Shown in pieces: positions 37,454-46,354 of a stretch of 64,000 nt of DNA (position 1 is the stretch's first letter; each line of letters starts with the position of its first letter). The DNA comes from Akkermansia sp. (GTDB lineage: Bacteria; Verrucomicrobiota; Verrucomicrobiia; Verrucomicrobiales; Akkermansiaceae). Position numbers and translations under genes: made by a program. Below the pieces are notes generated by a model. That model worked only from the letters and a program-made list of their open reading frames with translations. It was not told the DNA's origin and made no database searches. The stretch is from assembly GCA_045650805.1 (NCBI GenBank), contig JAZRRO010000059.1, positions 1,472 to 65,471 on the forward strand. The letters are read 5' to 3'.

Positions 37454-37507
37454 TGAAAACAGAAAAGCTCCTCGAGTGAGGAGCTTGAAGAGCGGGCGAT
37501 GGGATTC
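37444..37507 (-). repeat. Direct repeat copy 2 (64 nt): terminator plus the 3' end of the functional tRNA-Gly copy
   Basis: See 37272-37335. Confidence 0.9.
37455..37486 (-). terminator. Rho-independent terminator after the tRNA-Gly array
   Basis: Minus strand reads AAGCTCCTC-ACTC-GAGGAGCTT followed by TTCTGTTTTC. Confidence 0.8.
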
Positions 37508-37562
37508 GAACCCACGACATCAACCTTGGCAAGGTTGCGCTCTACCACTGAGCTACGCCCGC
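37491..37562 (-). tRNA. tRNA-Gly (anticodon GCC), copy 1
   Basis: Reverse complement reads GCGGGCGTAGCTCAGTGGTAGAGCGCAACCTTGCCAAGGTTGATGTCGTGGGTTCGAATCCCATCGCCCGCT. Full cloverleaf with anticodon loop TTGCCAA; CCA is not encoded. Confidence 0.95.
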
Positions 37563-37602
37563 ATGTCATTGGCTTGCAATATGCGGAGCCGACATCTTGG
37601 AG

Positions 37603-37674
37603 AGCGGGCGATGGGATTCGAACCCACGACATCAACCTTGGCAAGGTTGCGCTCTACCACTGAGCTACGCCCGC
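37603..37674 (-). tRNA. tRNA-Gly (anticodon GCC), copy 2
   Basis: Identical 72-nt sequence, 40-nt spacer. Confidence 0.95.
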
Positions 37675-37717
37675 ATGTCATCGGAACGTTTGGTGTACGT
37701 CCGGCTGGTTTTTTGAG

Positions 37718-37789
37718 AGCGGGCGATGGGATTCGAACCCACGACATCAACCTTGGCAAGGTTGCGCTCTACCACTGAGCTACGCCCGC
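37718..37789 (-). tRNA. tRNA-Gly (anticodon GCC), copy 3
   Basis: Identical 72-nt sequence, 43-nt spacer. Confidence 0.95.
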
Positions 37790-37834
37790 ATGTCATTTCC
37801 TTCAACTGTTCGCTTTCGGAATGAGTGCGGGCTC

Positions 37835-37862
37835 ATTATACGCAAATCGGAACGGGAATCAA
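37835..37862 (-). promoter_or_regulatory. Sigma70-type promoter (TTGATT-N16-TATAAT) for the tRNA-Gly array
   Basis: Minus-strand hexamers at 37862-37857 and 37840-37835; an A/T-rich UP-like tract lies upstream (37866-37900). Confidence 0.7.
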
Positions 37863-37985
37863 GCCTTTTTTTTAATTTTTTTGAAATAATTTCATGCCGG
37901 GAATGCTTTTTTGTTTATTTTCAGTTGCTTGGTCCGTAAAAATTCTTTTCACGAAAAAAATCGTGTATGGTAACATGCTTTTTGC

Positions 37986-38014
37986 TTTTCAAAAGGGGTG
38001 TAAACTGCTAGAAT
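37986..38014 (+). promoter_or_regulatory. Promoter candidate for the mmd operon (extended -10 TGCTAGAAT, weak -35 TTTTCA)
   Basis: TAGAAT at 38009-38014 is preceded by TGC. A second TAGAAT lies at 38024-38029. Confidence 0.35.
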
Positions 38015-38099
38015 GGCGCTGCGTAGAATGAGCATGCGGTAGAGTTGTCTCTACAGTGTTCATTTTTCTTACCCATATACCCAAAGAGAAAGATAAACT

Positions 38100-39665
38100 A
38101 TGGCTATTGACCCTAAATTACTTGAGGAACTGGAGAATCGCCGCAAGAAGGTGATTCTTTCTGGTGGCCAGGAGAAGATTGAGCAGCGCCACGCCAAGGG
38201 CGACTGGACTGCGCGCGAACGCGTGGATTGCTTGTATGATGCTGGTTCCTTCACGGAAATTGGTATGCACACGCGGCATCATTGCAGCAATTTCGGCATG
38301 CTGGACAAGTATATTCCCGGTGAGGGTATCGTATCCGGTTTTGGTTTGGTAGATGGCCGACCCGTGGCTGCAGTATCCGCAGATTTCATGGCTCAGGGTG
38401 GTTCCCTGGGGTATATGCATGCCCAGAAGATTTGTGATGCTCAGCAGTATGCACTCAAGGCCGGTATGCCCATCATTCAGATGAATGACTCCGGTGGTGC
38501 CCGTCTTCAGGAAGGTGTGGACTCCCTCACCGGTTTCGCCAATGTTTTCTACAACAACGTGGCTGCCAGCGGCGTCGTGCCTCAGATTTCTCTTATCCTT
38601 GGCCCCTGCGCAGGCGGTGCTGCTTATTCTCCCGCCCTGACAGACTTCATCATCATCCGCAAGGGTGGTGCAGCCGGTATGTACATCACGGGTCCCAAGG
38701 TGATTGAGCAGGTGACGTACGAAAAGTGCACAATGGAAGAAATTGGCGGTGCCGCCGTGCATTCCTCTGTTTCCGGCAATGCCCACTTTGTCGCCGAAAC
38801 GGATGAGGACGCTATTAATATAGCCAAGCGTTTGCTCACCTACCTGCCGTCCAACAACACGCAGGATCCTCCCCACGATCTTTCTCAGCCTCTTGATATT
38901 GCTGATGATGAGGGTATGAATGATATCATCCCCGAGAGCAACAATACCCCGCTCGATATGCAGAAGGTGATTGCTCGCCTGGTGGATGAGGGCTCCTTCA
39001 TGGAAGTGCATGCCAACTTTGCCGGCAATGTGATTGTGGGCTTTGGTCGCATTTGCGGTATGGTTGTCGGTATCATCGCCAACCAGCCTGCGGTGAAGGC
39101 CGGTTGCCTGGATATTGATGCTTCCGACAAGGCCGCCCGCTTCATCCGCTGCTGTGATTCCTTCAACATTCCCGTGGTGAACCTGGTGGACGTGCCCGGT
39201 TTCTTGCCCGGCAAGCAGCAGGAACGCGGTGGTATCATCCGCCACGGCGCTAAGATGATTTTTGCATACTCCGCAGCTACTGTTCCCAAGGTGACCATGA
39301 TTCTGCGCAAGGCCTATGGCGGTGCCTACATCGCCATGTGCTGCAAGGGCCTGGGTGCCGATGCCGTGTTTGCATGGCCCTGCGCTGAGATTGCTGTGAT
39401 GGGCGCTCAGGGTGCTGTACCCGTGCTTTATGGCCGCGAACTCAAGGCCATTGAGGACGATGAAGCCCGCGAAACCCGCCGCAAGGAACTGCTGGATGAA
39501 TACACCGCTGCGTTCTACAACCCCTATGCTGCCGCTGCCTCCGACCAGGTGACAGAAGTCATCAACCCCAAGGAGACACGCGCCCGCATCGCACTCACGC
39601 TCCGCACGCTTCTCAGCAAGCGCGAAACGCGCCCTGCCAAGAAGCACGGCAATATGCCTCTCTGA
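38100..39665 (+). CDS. mmdA: Methylmalonyl-CoA decarboxylase alpha subunit (acyl-CoA carboxyltransferase)
   Basis: 521 aa of the carboxyltransferase family (FMAQGGSLG, LILGPCAGGAAYSPA), followed by the membrane decarboxylase subunits. Confidence 0.9.
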   Translation: MAIDPKLLEELENRRKKVILSGGQEKIEQRHAKGDWTARERVDCLYDAGSFTEIGMHTRHHCSNFGMLDKYIPGEGIVSGFGLVDGRPVAAVSADFMAQGGSLGYMHAQKICDAQQYALKAGMPIIQMNDSGGARLQEGVDSLTGFANVFYNNVAASGVVPQISLILGPCAGGAAYSPALTDFIIIRKGGAAGMYITGPKVIEQVTYEKCTMEEIGGAAVHSSVSGNAHFVAETDEDAINIAKRLLTYLPSNNTQDPPHDLSQPLDIADDEGMNDIIPESNNTPLDMQKVIARLVDEGSFMEVHANFAGNVIVGFGRICGMVVGIIANQPAVKAGCLDIDASDKAARFIRCCDSFNIPVVNLVDVPGFLPGKQQERGGIIRHGAKMIFAYSAATVPKVTMILRKAYGGAYIAMCCKGLGADAVFAWPCAEIAVMGAQGAVPVLYGRELKAIEDDEARETRRKELLDEYTAAFYNPYAAAASDQVTEVINPKETRARIALTLRTLLSKRETRPAKKHGNMPL

Positions 39666-39683
39666 TAAACCAATACAAACAAC

Positions 39684-40136
39684 ATGATAACATCCCTACA
39701 GACACTCGCTGCAGGTTTGGATATGGATGCGGTGACCTACCAGGCCACCGGTATGATTGTGGTGTTTACCTGCCTGATCTTCCTGAGCCTGATACTGACC
39801 GTATCGGGCTCGGTGGCAGTGCGTCTGGAATCCGCCCGCAAGGCGAAGGAAGACGCAGCCAAGGCCGCCTTGGCCGCGCAGGCACCTGCACCCGTCGCCG
39901 TAGCCACACCTGTTGCGCCTGAGCCGACGCCGGCTGAGGTTGCTGCTCTGGCCGCCGGTATCTATGATGCCGCAGCCTCCAGCATCACTCCGCAAGTGGT
40001 GGCAGCCATCGCAGCTGCCGTCAAGGTGACCGTGGGCAACGAAGCCCGCATCCTGGACATCAAGCCCATTGATGGCAGCTATGGTCAGAATGGCCGCATC
40101 TCCATCATGAATTCTCATTTCCCCACCCGCCGCTGA
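39684..40136 (+). CDS. mmdD: Decarboxylase small membrane subunit (OadG/MmdD-like) with an Ala/Pro-rich linker
   Basis: One N-terminal TM segment (GMIVVFTCLIFLSLILTV) and operon position. Confidence 0.7.
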   Translation: MITSLQTLAAGLDMDAVTYQATGMIVVFTCLIFLSLILTVSGSVAVRLESARKAKEDAAKAALAAQAPAPVAVATPVAPEPTPAEVAALAAGIYDAAASSITPQVVAAIAAAVKVTVGNEARILDIKPIDGSYGQNGRISIMNSHFPTRR

Positions 40137-40198
40137 TAGTCAGTGGCACCCCTTATCTTAATTATCTTAAAAATCAAACCAAATAGAAACACAATACA

Positions 40199-40597
40199 AT
40201 GAAACAGCTCCGTATTACCGTTGCCGGCCAGACCTTTGATGTAACCGTAGAGACCCTTGGTGGTTCCTGCGCAGCTCCCGCTCCCGCCCCCGTGGCAGCT
40301 CCCGCTCCTGTGGTGGCTGCTCCCGTAGCAGCTCCCGCTCCTGTGGCCGCTCCCGCCCCCGCTCCTGCTCCCGCTGCTGGCGCCGGCACTCCCATCTCCA
40401 GCCCCCTTGCTGGCAAGGTTGTGTCTCTGGACGTGCAGCCCGGTACAGCTGTGAAGGAAGGTGACCAGGTGCTTACGCTGGAAGCTATGAAGATGAACAC
40501 CGTCATCTACGCTCCCGCCAACGGTACTGTTGCTTCCTTCGCTGTGAAGCCCGGTGACACCGTGGCTGAAGGTCAGGCTCTCGCATACCTCGGTTAA
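40199..40597 (+). CDS. mmdC: Biotin carboxyl carrier subunit
   Basis: Ala/Pro linker plus a biotinyl domain with the EAMKM motif. Confidence 0.9.
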   Translation: MKQLRITVAGQTFDVTVETLGGSCAAPAPAPVAAPAPVVAAPVAAPAPVAAPAPAPAPAAGAGTPISSPLAGKVVSLDVQPGTAVKEGDQVLTLEAMKMNTVIYAPANGTVASFAVKPGDTVAEGQALAYLG

Positions 40598-40674
40598 GCC
40601 GCGTCGCGGCAAGTTGTACCCTGCGCCGGTTGCGCAGGGGCAATCTCTGCAAGATATCGTAAAACCTTTGCAAT

Positions 40675-42093
40675 ATGCAAGAACTCATTCAATCCTTCGC
40701 AAATTTCATCTCCGGCATGGGGATTTTCTCCATGACCTGGCAGATGTATTGCATGTGGGGCATTGTGGCGATTCTGCTGTTCCTGGGTGTGGCAAAGCAG
40801 TTTGAACCGCTGCTTCTTGTGCCGATTGCTTTCGGCGCACTCATTGCCAACATCCCCGATAACGGCATGGTCATCACTCAAGCCCAGCGCGAGGTAGTCG
40901 CCATCGAAAATGGTAAGGTGGAAACCACCATGATGAACGATGTCGGCTTCCTCTCCGCCCAGATTGCCCGTTTTGAAGACCCCGGTATCACCATCCAGAG
41001 CACCGATGGCCTTTCCCCCGAAGATAAGGCTAAGTACGAAGCTGCCATGGAATCTCCCATGGTGGTGACGGAAGCCAAGGACGCCAATGGCAATGTCCAG
41101 AAGGGTAAGGTTGTGGTGCAGGGCCAGAAGCCTGAGAAGGTCATGTTCATGAAGTTCGAGGGTGGTCTGTTCGACTGGATTGGCCTCGGCATCAAGTGTG
41201 AGATTTTCCCCGCCATCATCTTCATGGGCGTGGGTGCTCTCACGGACTTCGGCCCGCTGTTGGCTTCTCCCAAGGCTCTGCTTCTGGGTGCTGCTGCTCA
41301 GGGTGGTGTGGCATTCACCTTCCTGGCTGCTATGGCTCTTGGCTTCACCAAGGGTGAGGCTTCTGCCATCGGCATTATCGGTGGTGCAGACGGCCCGACC
41401 TCCATCTTCCTGGCCGGCAAGCTGGCTCCCCACCTGTTGGGTGCCATCGCCGTGGCAGCCTACACATACATGGCTCTGGTGCCGCTGATTCAGCCTCCGT
41501 TCATGAAGCTGTTCACCACCGAGGCTCAGCGCAAGATCAAGATGAAGAGCCTGCGCCAGGTTTCCAAGGGCGAGAAGCTGTTCTTCTGCTTCGTTGTGAC
41601 ACTGGTGACGATTCTGCTCTGCCCGGATGCAGCACCGCTGCTGGGTATGCTCATGCTGGGTAACTTCCTGCGTGAGTGTAAGGTGACGGAGCGTCTGGTG
41701 ACCTGCGCACAGAACGAGCTGATGAACATCACCACCATTCTTCTTGGTGTGTCCGTGGGTCTCACTATGCAGGGCGTTCGCTTCCTGCAGCCCGAGACGC
41801 TGCTCATCATCGGTCTGGGTGTGGTCGCATTCGCTGTGGCTACTATTTGCGGCCTTCTCTGCGCTCAGTTGATGAATCTTGTGCCCGGCTGGCGCAAGAC
41901 GCCCATCAACCCCCTCATTGGCTCCGCCGGTGTGTCCGCCGTGCCGATGGCTGCCCGTGTGTCTCACAATGTGGGTCAGCAGGCTGATCGCACAAACTTC
42001 CTGCTCATGCACGCTATGGGCCCCAATGTGGCCGGTGTGATTGGTACCGCTGTGATTGCCGGTTACTACATCACCACGCTCAGCGGGCACTAA
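40675..42093 (+). CDS. mmdB: Na+-translocating decarboxylase beta subunit (OadB/MmdB family) with an enlarged soluble loop
   Basis: 472 aa, polytopic; motifs FMGVGALTDFGPLL and GSAGVSAVPMAAR. Confidence 0.9.
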   Translation: MQELIQSFANFISGMGIFSMTWQMYCMWGIVAILLFLGVAKQFEPLLLVPIAFGALIANIPDNGMVITQAQREVVAIENGKVETTMMNDVGFLSAQIARFEDPGITIQSTDGLSPEDKAKYEAAMESPMVVTEAKDANGNVQKGKVVVQGQKPEKVMFMKFEGGLFDWIGLGIKCEIFPAIIFMGVGALTDFGPLLASPKALLLGAAAQGGVAFTFLAAMALGFTKGEASAIGIIGGADGPTSIFLAGKLAPHLLGAIAVAAYTYMALVPLIQPPFMKLFTTEAQRKIKMKSLRQVSKGEKLFFCFVVTLVTILLCPDAAPLLGMLMLGNFLRECKVTERLVTCAQNELMNITTILLGVSVGLTMQGVRFLQPETLLIIGLGVVAFAVATICGLLCAQLMNLVPGWRKTPINPLIGSAGVSAVPMAARVSHNVGQQADRTNFLLMHAMGPNVAGVIGTAVIAGYYITTLSGH

Positions 42094-42125
42094 AGAGACT
42101 GCGACACAATCTGATTTATATCCTG

Positions 42126-42165
42126 CACCCGAATCGCCAAGCAGCGGTTCGGGTGTTGCTTTTTG
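42126..42165 (+). terminator. Rho-independent terminator after mmdB
   Basis: Stem CACCCGAA/TTCGGGTG, then TGCTTTTTGG. Confidence 0.7.
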
Positions 42166-42249
42166 GTGCCGGTGGTTTGCCGTTCGGTCTTGACCTGTCC
42201 CTGGAAATATGCTACAAGTCACCCGCCCGTTGTTGCTGTATAACAAAAG

Positions 42250-42945
42250 ATGACTTGGGAAGAAGCACAGAATTTTTGTCCGCGATGCGGTGAGCTGGTA
42301 CCGTTGGGTGCTGCTCGCTGTCCGCATTGCGCGCGTATTTTCCATCCGGAACGCAAAGGGTGGATTCCCTTGTATTGGCAATGCTGGCGCTTGGGATTTA
42401 CTTTTAGCGGCCGCGCTCCGTTGAAGGAGTTTTATGCATTCGCTATACCGCATACTCTTTTGCTGTTGTGGGCGTTTTGCTACATGGTGAATGGTGCTGG
42501 GGTGAGCTTGTTCGGCAACAAATTATATTTATGCTCTCGTATGTGGAATGTGCTTTGCGCAGATAAGATCCTGCAGGGAATTGCCATCTTTTTCTTGCTG
42601 GCACTTGTGCCTTCGCTGGCTCTGTTGGTGCGCCGCGTTCATGATTTTGGCTTTGGCATGGATGAACTGCATGATGAAGCCGCTATCGAGCAGGACGAAT
42701 CAGATGACGATTGGTGGACGATATGGCGTCGCTGGCGTTGGCGGGTCTCCATGCTTCTTATCGGTCCCCTGGGGTGGCTCATTTTGCTGATAGAGCGTTA
42801 TTTTGGTGGACATATCGGGGTGTTGCTTTTCTTGCCTATTCGAGCATGGCATGAGGATTCCATACCCGGTCCGAATGAACACGGCCCCGGGACTCGCTAT
42901 CCGAGATTTACTGATGCGCCCGTGGGTTCCGATCCATTCAATTAA
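42250..42945 (+). CDS. Zinc-ribbon + DUF805-like membrane protein
   Basis: N-terminal CPRCG...CPHC zinc ribbon, then a GRAPLKEFYAF motif and TM segments typical of DUF805. Confidence 0.65.
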   Translation: MTWEEAQNFCPRCGELVPLGAARCPHCARIFHPERKGWIPLYWQCWRLGFTFSGRAPLKEFYAFAIPHTLLLLWAFCYMVNGAGVSLFGNKLYLCSRMWNVLCADKILQGIAIFFLLALVPSLALLVRRVHDFGFGMDELHDEAAIEQDESDDDWWTIWRRWRWRVSMLLIGPLGWLILLIERYFGGHIGVLLFLPIRAWHEDSIPGPNEHGPGTRYPRFTDAPVGSDPFN

Positions 42946-42960
42946 AGTCCCTGTTCGTTC

Positions 42961-42989
42961 TTGCAAATAGCGGGTGGATTTGATAGAAT
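42961..42989 (+). promoter_or_regulatory. Sigma70-type promoter candidate (TTGCAA-N17-TAGAAT) for aroK
   Basis: Overlaps the ORF-track GTG start at 42974, so the start was moved to ATG 43040. Confidence 0.6.
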
Positions 42990-43039
42990 CAGCCCCGACA
43001 TCAGCAGCTCGTGTGCTGGTAGTGCATCATTCTGATTCG

Positions 43040-43612
43040 ATGGAAGCTCTCCCCTCACTCAATACACATGGCCGCCCTATCATCCTGATAGGGCTCATGG
43101 GCTGCGGCAAGACTACCGTGGGTAAGGAGCTGAGCAAGCAGACCGGTATGCCGCTCCTGGATATGGATATGGTCATCGAGGAGCAAATTGGCAAACCTAT
43201 TGCCGATATCTTCCGCGATGAGGGTGAAGCTCATTTCCGAGCGCTGGAAACGGCCTTGTTGCGCTATCTGGAGACAGATGCCGGTGCGGCTTTTTGCAAA
43301 AACTCCATCATTTCTACCGGTGGTGGTGTGGTGATGCGCCCGGAAAACCGTGAGATATTGCGTCGTCTGGGCTTTACGGTGTGGCTGAGCGTGGATGTGG
43401 ATATTCTGATTAGCCGCACATCTCGCAACAACAATCGTCCCTTGCTTCGCCAGCCAAACAGGGAAGAAATCCTTACCAATTTACTGGCGCTCCGCGGCCC
43501 GCTGTATCAGGAAACAGCGCATCTGACGCTCGATAGCTCCGATTTGGATATCCCCGCCGTGGTGCGCGCCGTTCATCTGGCTGCGCAGGATTATTTCTCT
43601 ACAGTTGCCTGA
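43040..43612 (+). CDS. aroK: Shikimate kinase
   Basis: P-loop LIGLMGCGKTTVGK and the DMDMVIEEQIG..IADIF motif. Confidence 0.85.
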   Translation: MEALPSLNTHGRPIILIGLMGCGKTTVGKELSKQTGMPLLDMDMVIEEQIGKPIADIFRDEGEAHFRALETALLRYLETDAGAAFCKNSIISTGGGVVMRPENREILRRLGFTVWLSVDVDILISRTSRNNNRPLLRQPNREEILTNLLALRGPLYQETAHLTLDSSDLDIPAVVRAVHLAAQDYFSTVA

Positions 43613-43641
43613 AACGGTCCCCCCGCACCATCACTAACAAG

Positions 43642-43676
43642 AAAGCCACCCCGTAATGAGGTGGCTTTGTTTGTAT
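43642..43676. terminator. Terminator hairpin between convergent aroK and rho
   Basis: Stem AAAGCCACC/GGTGGCTTT with a 9-nt loop; GTTTGT tail on the plus strand. Confidence 0.65.
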
Positions 43677-43696
43677 CAAGAATCTGTTGAGCCTGC

Positions 43697-45586
43697 TCAG
43701 ATGACAAGACCGCGCAGCAGAAGCTCGGCATTGTTTTGCGTGCGTGCGATATTTTTTAGCAGCGCTTCCAAGGCCTCCCAACCGGGCTGTGCTGCGAGTT
43801 GGCGGCGCAGTTGCAGAATGCGCGTCATTTCATCGGGGTGATACAGGCGGTCATCATTGCGCGTGCCACTCTGGGGAATGGAGATAGCAGGGTAGATGCG
43901 GCGCTCTGCCAGCTCACGGTCAAGTCGAATCTCCATGTTACCTGTGCCCTTGAACTCCTCGAAGATGATTTCATCCATGCGGGATTCCGTATCGACCAAG
44001 CACGTGGCCACGATGGTGAGGCTACCGCCTTCTTCCACATTGCGGGCCGCGCCAAAGAACTTGCGGGGCTTCTCCAGGGCATTGGAACCCAAACCACCGG
44101 ACATCACTCGGCCTCCGCTCTGGTTTGCATTGTAGCCGCGGGAAAGGCGGGTGAGCGAATCCAGCATGATGATGACATCTTTCCCTTGTTCTACCAGGCG
44201 GCGGGCGCGTTCCAGTACCAAATCACTCAGCTGCGCATGGCGGCGGGAGGGTTCATCAAAGGTCGAGGCGTATACCGGTGCATCCACCGTCTCTTCAAAA
44301 TCAGTCACTTCTTCGGGGCGCTCATCCAACAGAAGAATCAACAGCTGCGCCTCCGGGTAATTTGCGCGTATGCAGCGCGCCATCGTTTTAAGCAATACAG
44401 TCTTGCCACCGCGGGGAGGGGCGACCACCAATGCTCGTTGGCCCATGCCGAGCGGCGTGATGAGATCCAACACGCGCATGGCAGGAGATTTGATGTCGGC
44501 ATTCTCAAGAATCAGGCGTTCGCGTGGGAAGAGCGGGGTGAGCTTGTCGAACTCTTTCTTCTGCACGTAGTCAGCTGCGGGTACACCCTCAATCTCCAAC
44601 ACCTCTGCGGCCCCTATGTAGCGTTCCGGTCGCCCCTTATCCGGGCGCAGCGCCACCTTGATTTGGTTGCCTGGGCGCAGTTCATATCGACGAATCAAGT
44701 CGGAAGACATGTATATATCATCCGCACCTGGTCGGAAACTGCGGGCTTCATCTCGCAGCAGCGAGAAACCTTCTGGATTCACCTCCAGAACACCTGTCAC
44801 CTGCACCTGGCTGCCTTCTGCAAGATAGCTGCGGGCCATTTCAGCCACCAGCTCGGCGCGCGTGAGATTGCCACTTGCCTGGTGAGAAAGCGCGGTGGCG
44901 CGCTTTTGCAATTCATTGAGGGGCAGGGCGCGCAGCTCATTCAGGTTGATGATGATAGAGCGAGCGTGCATTACCTTGGCGTCCTTGGCCAACTCGGCAT
45001 CATAGAACATCTGCACTTGTTGGCGCAGGCTTTCCTGCGTGCTTTCGTTCCAGAACACCACATCGGCTCGGTCAATCTTCTCCTGCGTGGGCATCTGCGC
45101 TGCCATCATGGCCACGGCCTCATCGCGGGTAAAGCCATTGCGCTCTGCCATGCGTGCAATCTGAGTCTCCGGCGAGGCTGCCACCACGCACACCTTATCA
45201 GCGCCGAACTCCACGGGGCTTTCGTAGTAAAGGGGAATATCAACAAGGAACGTGTGTACATCATTGCGGCGTCGAGCCTCCGATTGGGCTGCCAAGCACA
45301 TTTGTGCCAGCTTAGGATGCGTGATTTCCTCCAAACGATGGCGACCGGCTGCATCATTCTGCACAATGGAACGCAGGTAATCTTTGTTGACAGCGCCTTC
45401 GGCATCCAAAGCATCCGCCCCGAATGCGGCCACTAAATCACGGGAAAGACGACCATTACGCTGCAATTCGGCCACAGCTTTGTCGCAATCAAAAAGCTCC
45501 ACGCCTTCTCCTCCCATTTCTGCAAGCATTTGCACCACGGTCGATTTGCCGGATGCTATGCCACCTGTCACTACGATTACCTTCAC
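43697..45586 (-). CDS. rho: Single ORF fusing dephospho-CoA kinase (aa 1-~200) to a complete transcription termination factor Rho (aa 206-629)
   Basis: GTG start; CoaE P-loop [11 protein letters not shown]. Rho part starts at M206 (codon 44971-44969): [41 protein letters not shown]. No stop codon lies between the domains. Confidence 0.85.
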   Translation of the reverse strand: MKVIVVTGGIASGKSTVVQMLAEMGGEGVELFDCDKAVAELQRNGRLSRDLVAAFGADALDAEGAVNKDYLRSIVQNDAAGRHRLEEITHPKLAQMCLAAQSEARRRNDVHTFLVDIPLYYESPVEFGADKVCVVAASPETQIARMAERNGFTRDEAVAMMAAQMPTQEKIDRADVVFWNESTQESLRQQVQMFYDAELAKDAKVMHARSIIINLNELRALPLNELQKRATALSHQASGNLTRAELVAEMARSYLAEGSQVQVTGVLEVNPEGFSLLRDEARSFRPGADDIYMSSDLIRRYELRPGNQIKVALRPDKGRPERYIGAAEVLEIEGVPAADYVQKKEFDKLTPLFPRERLILENADIKSPAMRVLDLITPLGMGQRALVVAPPRGGKTVLLKTMARCIRANYPEAQLLILLLDERPEEVTDFEETVDAPVYASTFDEPSRRHAQLSDLVLERARRLVEQGKDVIIMLDSLTRLSRGYNANQSGGRVMSGGLGSNALEKPRKFFGAARNVEEGGSLTIVATCLVDTESRMDEIIFEEFKGTGNMEIRLDRELAERRIYPAISIPQSGTRNDDRLYHPDEMTRILQLRRQLAAQPGWEALEALLKNIARTQNNAELLLRGLVI

Positions 45587-45593
45587 GGGGCTT

Positions 45594-45622
45594 ATACTAG
45601 CATGTTATCCTGCTTGTAGCAA
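45594..45622 (-). promoter_or_regulatory. Sigma70-type promoter candidate (TTGCTA-N17-TAGTAT) abutting the coaE-rho GTG start
   Basis: The -10 ends 7 nt before the GTG at 45586-45584. Confidence 0.55.
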
Positions 45623-45648
45623 GCGGAAAGCGTGTACTCCTCCGCACT

Positions 45649-45739
45649 CCGAAGCCGCAACGCGGCAGAGATTTCATCTGAACAGATTTCACCGGCTTGC
45701 CAGAGCCGATTTCACCCGAGCGCAGCGAGGATTTCACAT
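45649..45739 (+). repeat. Arm A, copy 1 (91 nt, four direct GATTTCA heptamers)
   Basis: 90/91 identical to 45844-45934. Heptamers at 45670, 45685, 45708 and 45730. Confidence 0.95.
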
Positions 45740-45744
45740 TATCA

Positions 45745-45858
45745 TTCAGCAGTGAAACTTCGCCCTGCGGGCTCAATGAAATCTGGCGGTGAAACCCTGC
45801 GGATGAAATCCTCCATCTCTGCGAGATGTCGGGTCCATGACCACCGAAGCCGCAACGC
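45745..45858 (+). repeat. Arm B, copy 1 (114 nt, four TGAAA(T/C)C heptamers, complementary to the arm A motif)
   Basis: 111/114 identical to 46355-46468. Heptamers at 45753, 45777, 45790 and 45804. Confidence 0.95.
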
Positions 45859-45934
45859 GGCAGAGATTTCATCTGAATAGATTTCACCGGCTTGCCAGAG
45901 CCGATTTCACCCGAGCGCAGCGAGGATTTCACAT
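45844..45934 (+). repeat. Arm A, copy 2
   Basis: See 45649-45739. Its first 15 nt are shared with the end of arm B copy 1. Confidence 0.95.
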
Positions 45935-45972
45935 CTACAGATGAAGATAAAGCTGGTAATGACGAAAGAAAA

Positions 45973-46350
45973 ATGTACAATAACAATATGGGCGAGCAGA
46001 AGAAAGGGAAACTTATCCGTTTATCCATCGCATTCTCTGTCAAGGTGATTGCATTGCACGATAGAATCAATCAAAAAGGATTCTTAAAGAACCAGCTTGC
46101 TCGTGCTGCAACTGCAATTGGTGCAAATATTCATGAGGCTGATTATGCTGAAAGTCGGAGTGACTTTATTCATAAACTCAAAATTGCGCTCAAAGAATGT
46201 CACGAGTCTGAATATTGGCTCATGGTGTTAGCCGAAAGCTGTCCTGAATTGGCAGAAGAGGCTCATATGCTCAGACATGATGCCGGAGGTATACGCTATA
46301 TGTTGATAGCTAGTATCAATACATGTCTTCAAGGTGAGAAGTATTCATAA
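45973..46350 (+). CDS. Four-helix-bundle protein (23S rRNA intervening-sequence protein / Avd-like family)
   Basis: 125 aa; LARAATAIGANIHEADYAESRSDFIHKLKIALKECHESEYWL matches the family pattern Q..RAa.SI.aNIaEg..r.s..dF...l.iA.gS..E. Alternative start at 45988. Confidence 0.75.
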   Translation: MYNNNMGEQKKGKLIRLSIAFSVKVIALHDRINQKGFLKNQLARAATAIGANIHEADYAESRSDFIHKLKIALKECHESEYWLMVLAESCPELAEEAHMLRHDAGGIRYMLIASINTCLQGEKYS

Positions 46351-46354
46351 CTGT

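Larger units (their letters stand above)
45649..45858 (+). mobile_element. Empty A-B unit: imperfect palindromic element without cargo (MITE-like)
   Basis: Arms A and B are separated by only 5 nt and are bounded by CCGAAGCCGCAACGC at both ends. Confidence 0.35.

Noticed and set aside
37675-37717. A plus-oriented hairpin plus T6 (CGGAACGT...ACGTCCG GCTGGTTTTTT) inside the tRNA-Gly spacer, as an antisense terminator.
   Set aside because: The stem is short and bulged, no plus-strand transcription unit runs into it, and it is most simply a tRNA-processing spacer structure.
38118-42453. Minus-strand ORFs of 509 aa (38118-39647) and 619 aa (40594-42453).
   Set aside because: They are antisense shadows of mmdA and mmdB, with no motifs. 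The same reasoning applies to 43799-45436 (opposite rho), 58108-59700 (opposite pyrG), 59753-61318 (opposite the symporter), 20957-22528 (opposite hrpA), 29632-30576 (opposite nagB) and 30580-31416 (opposite fucO).
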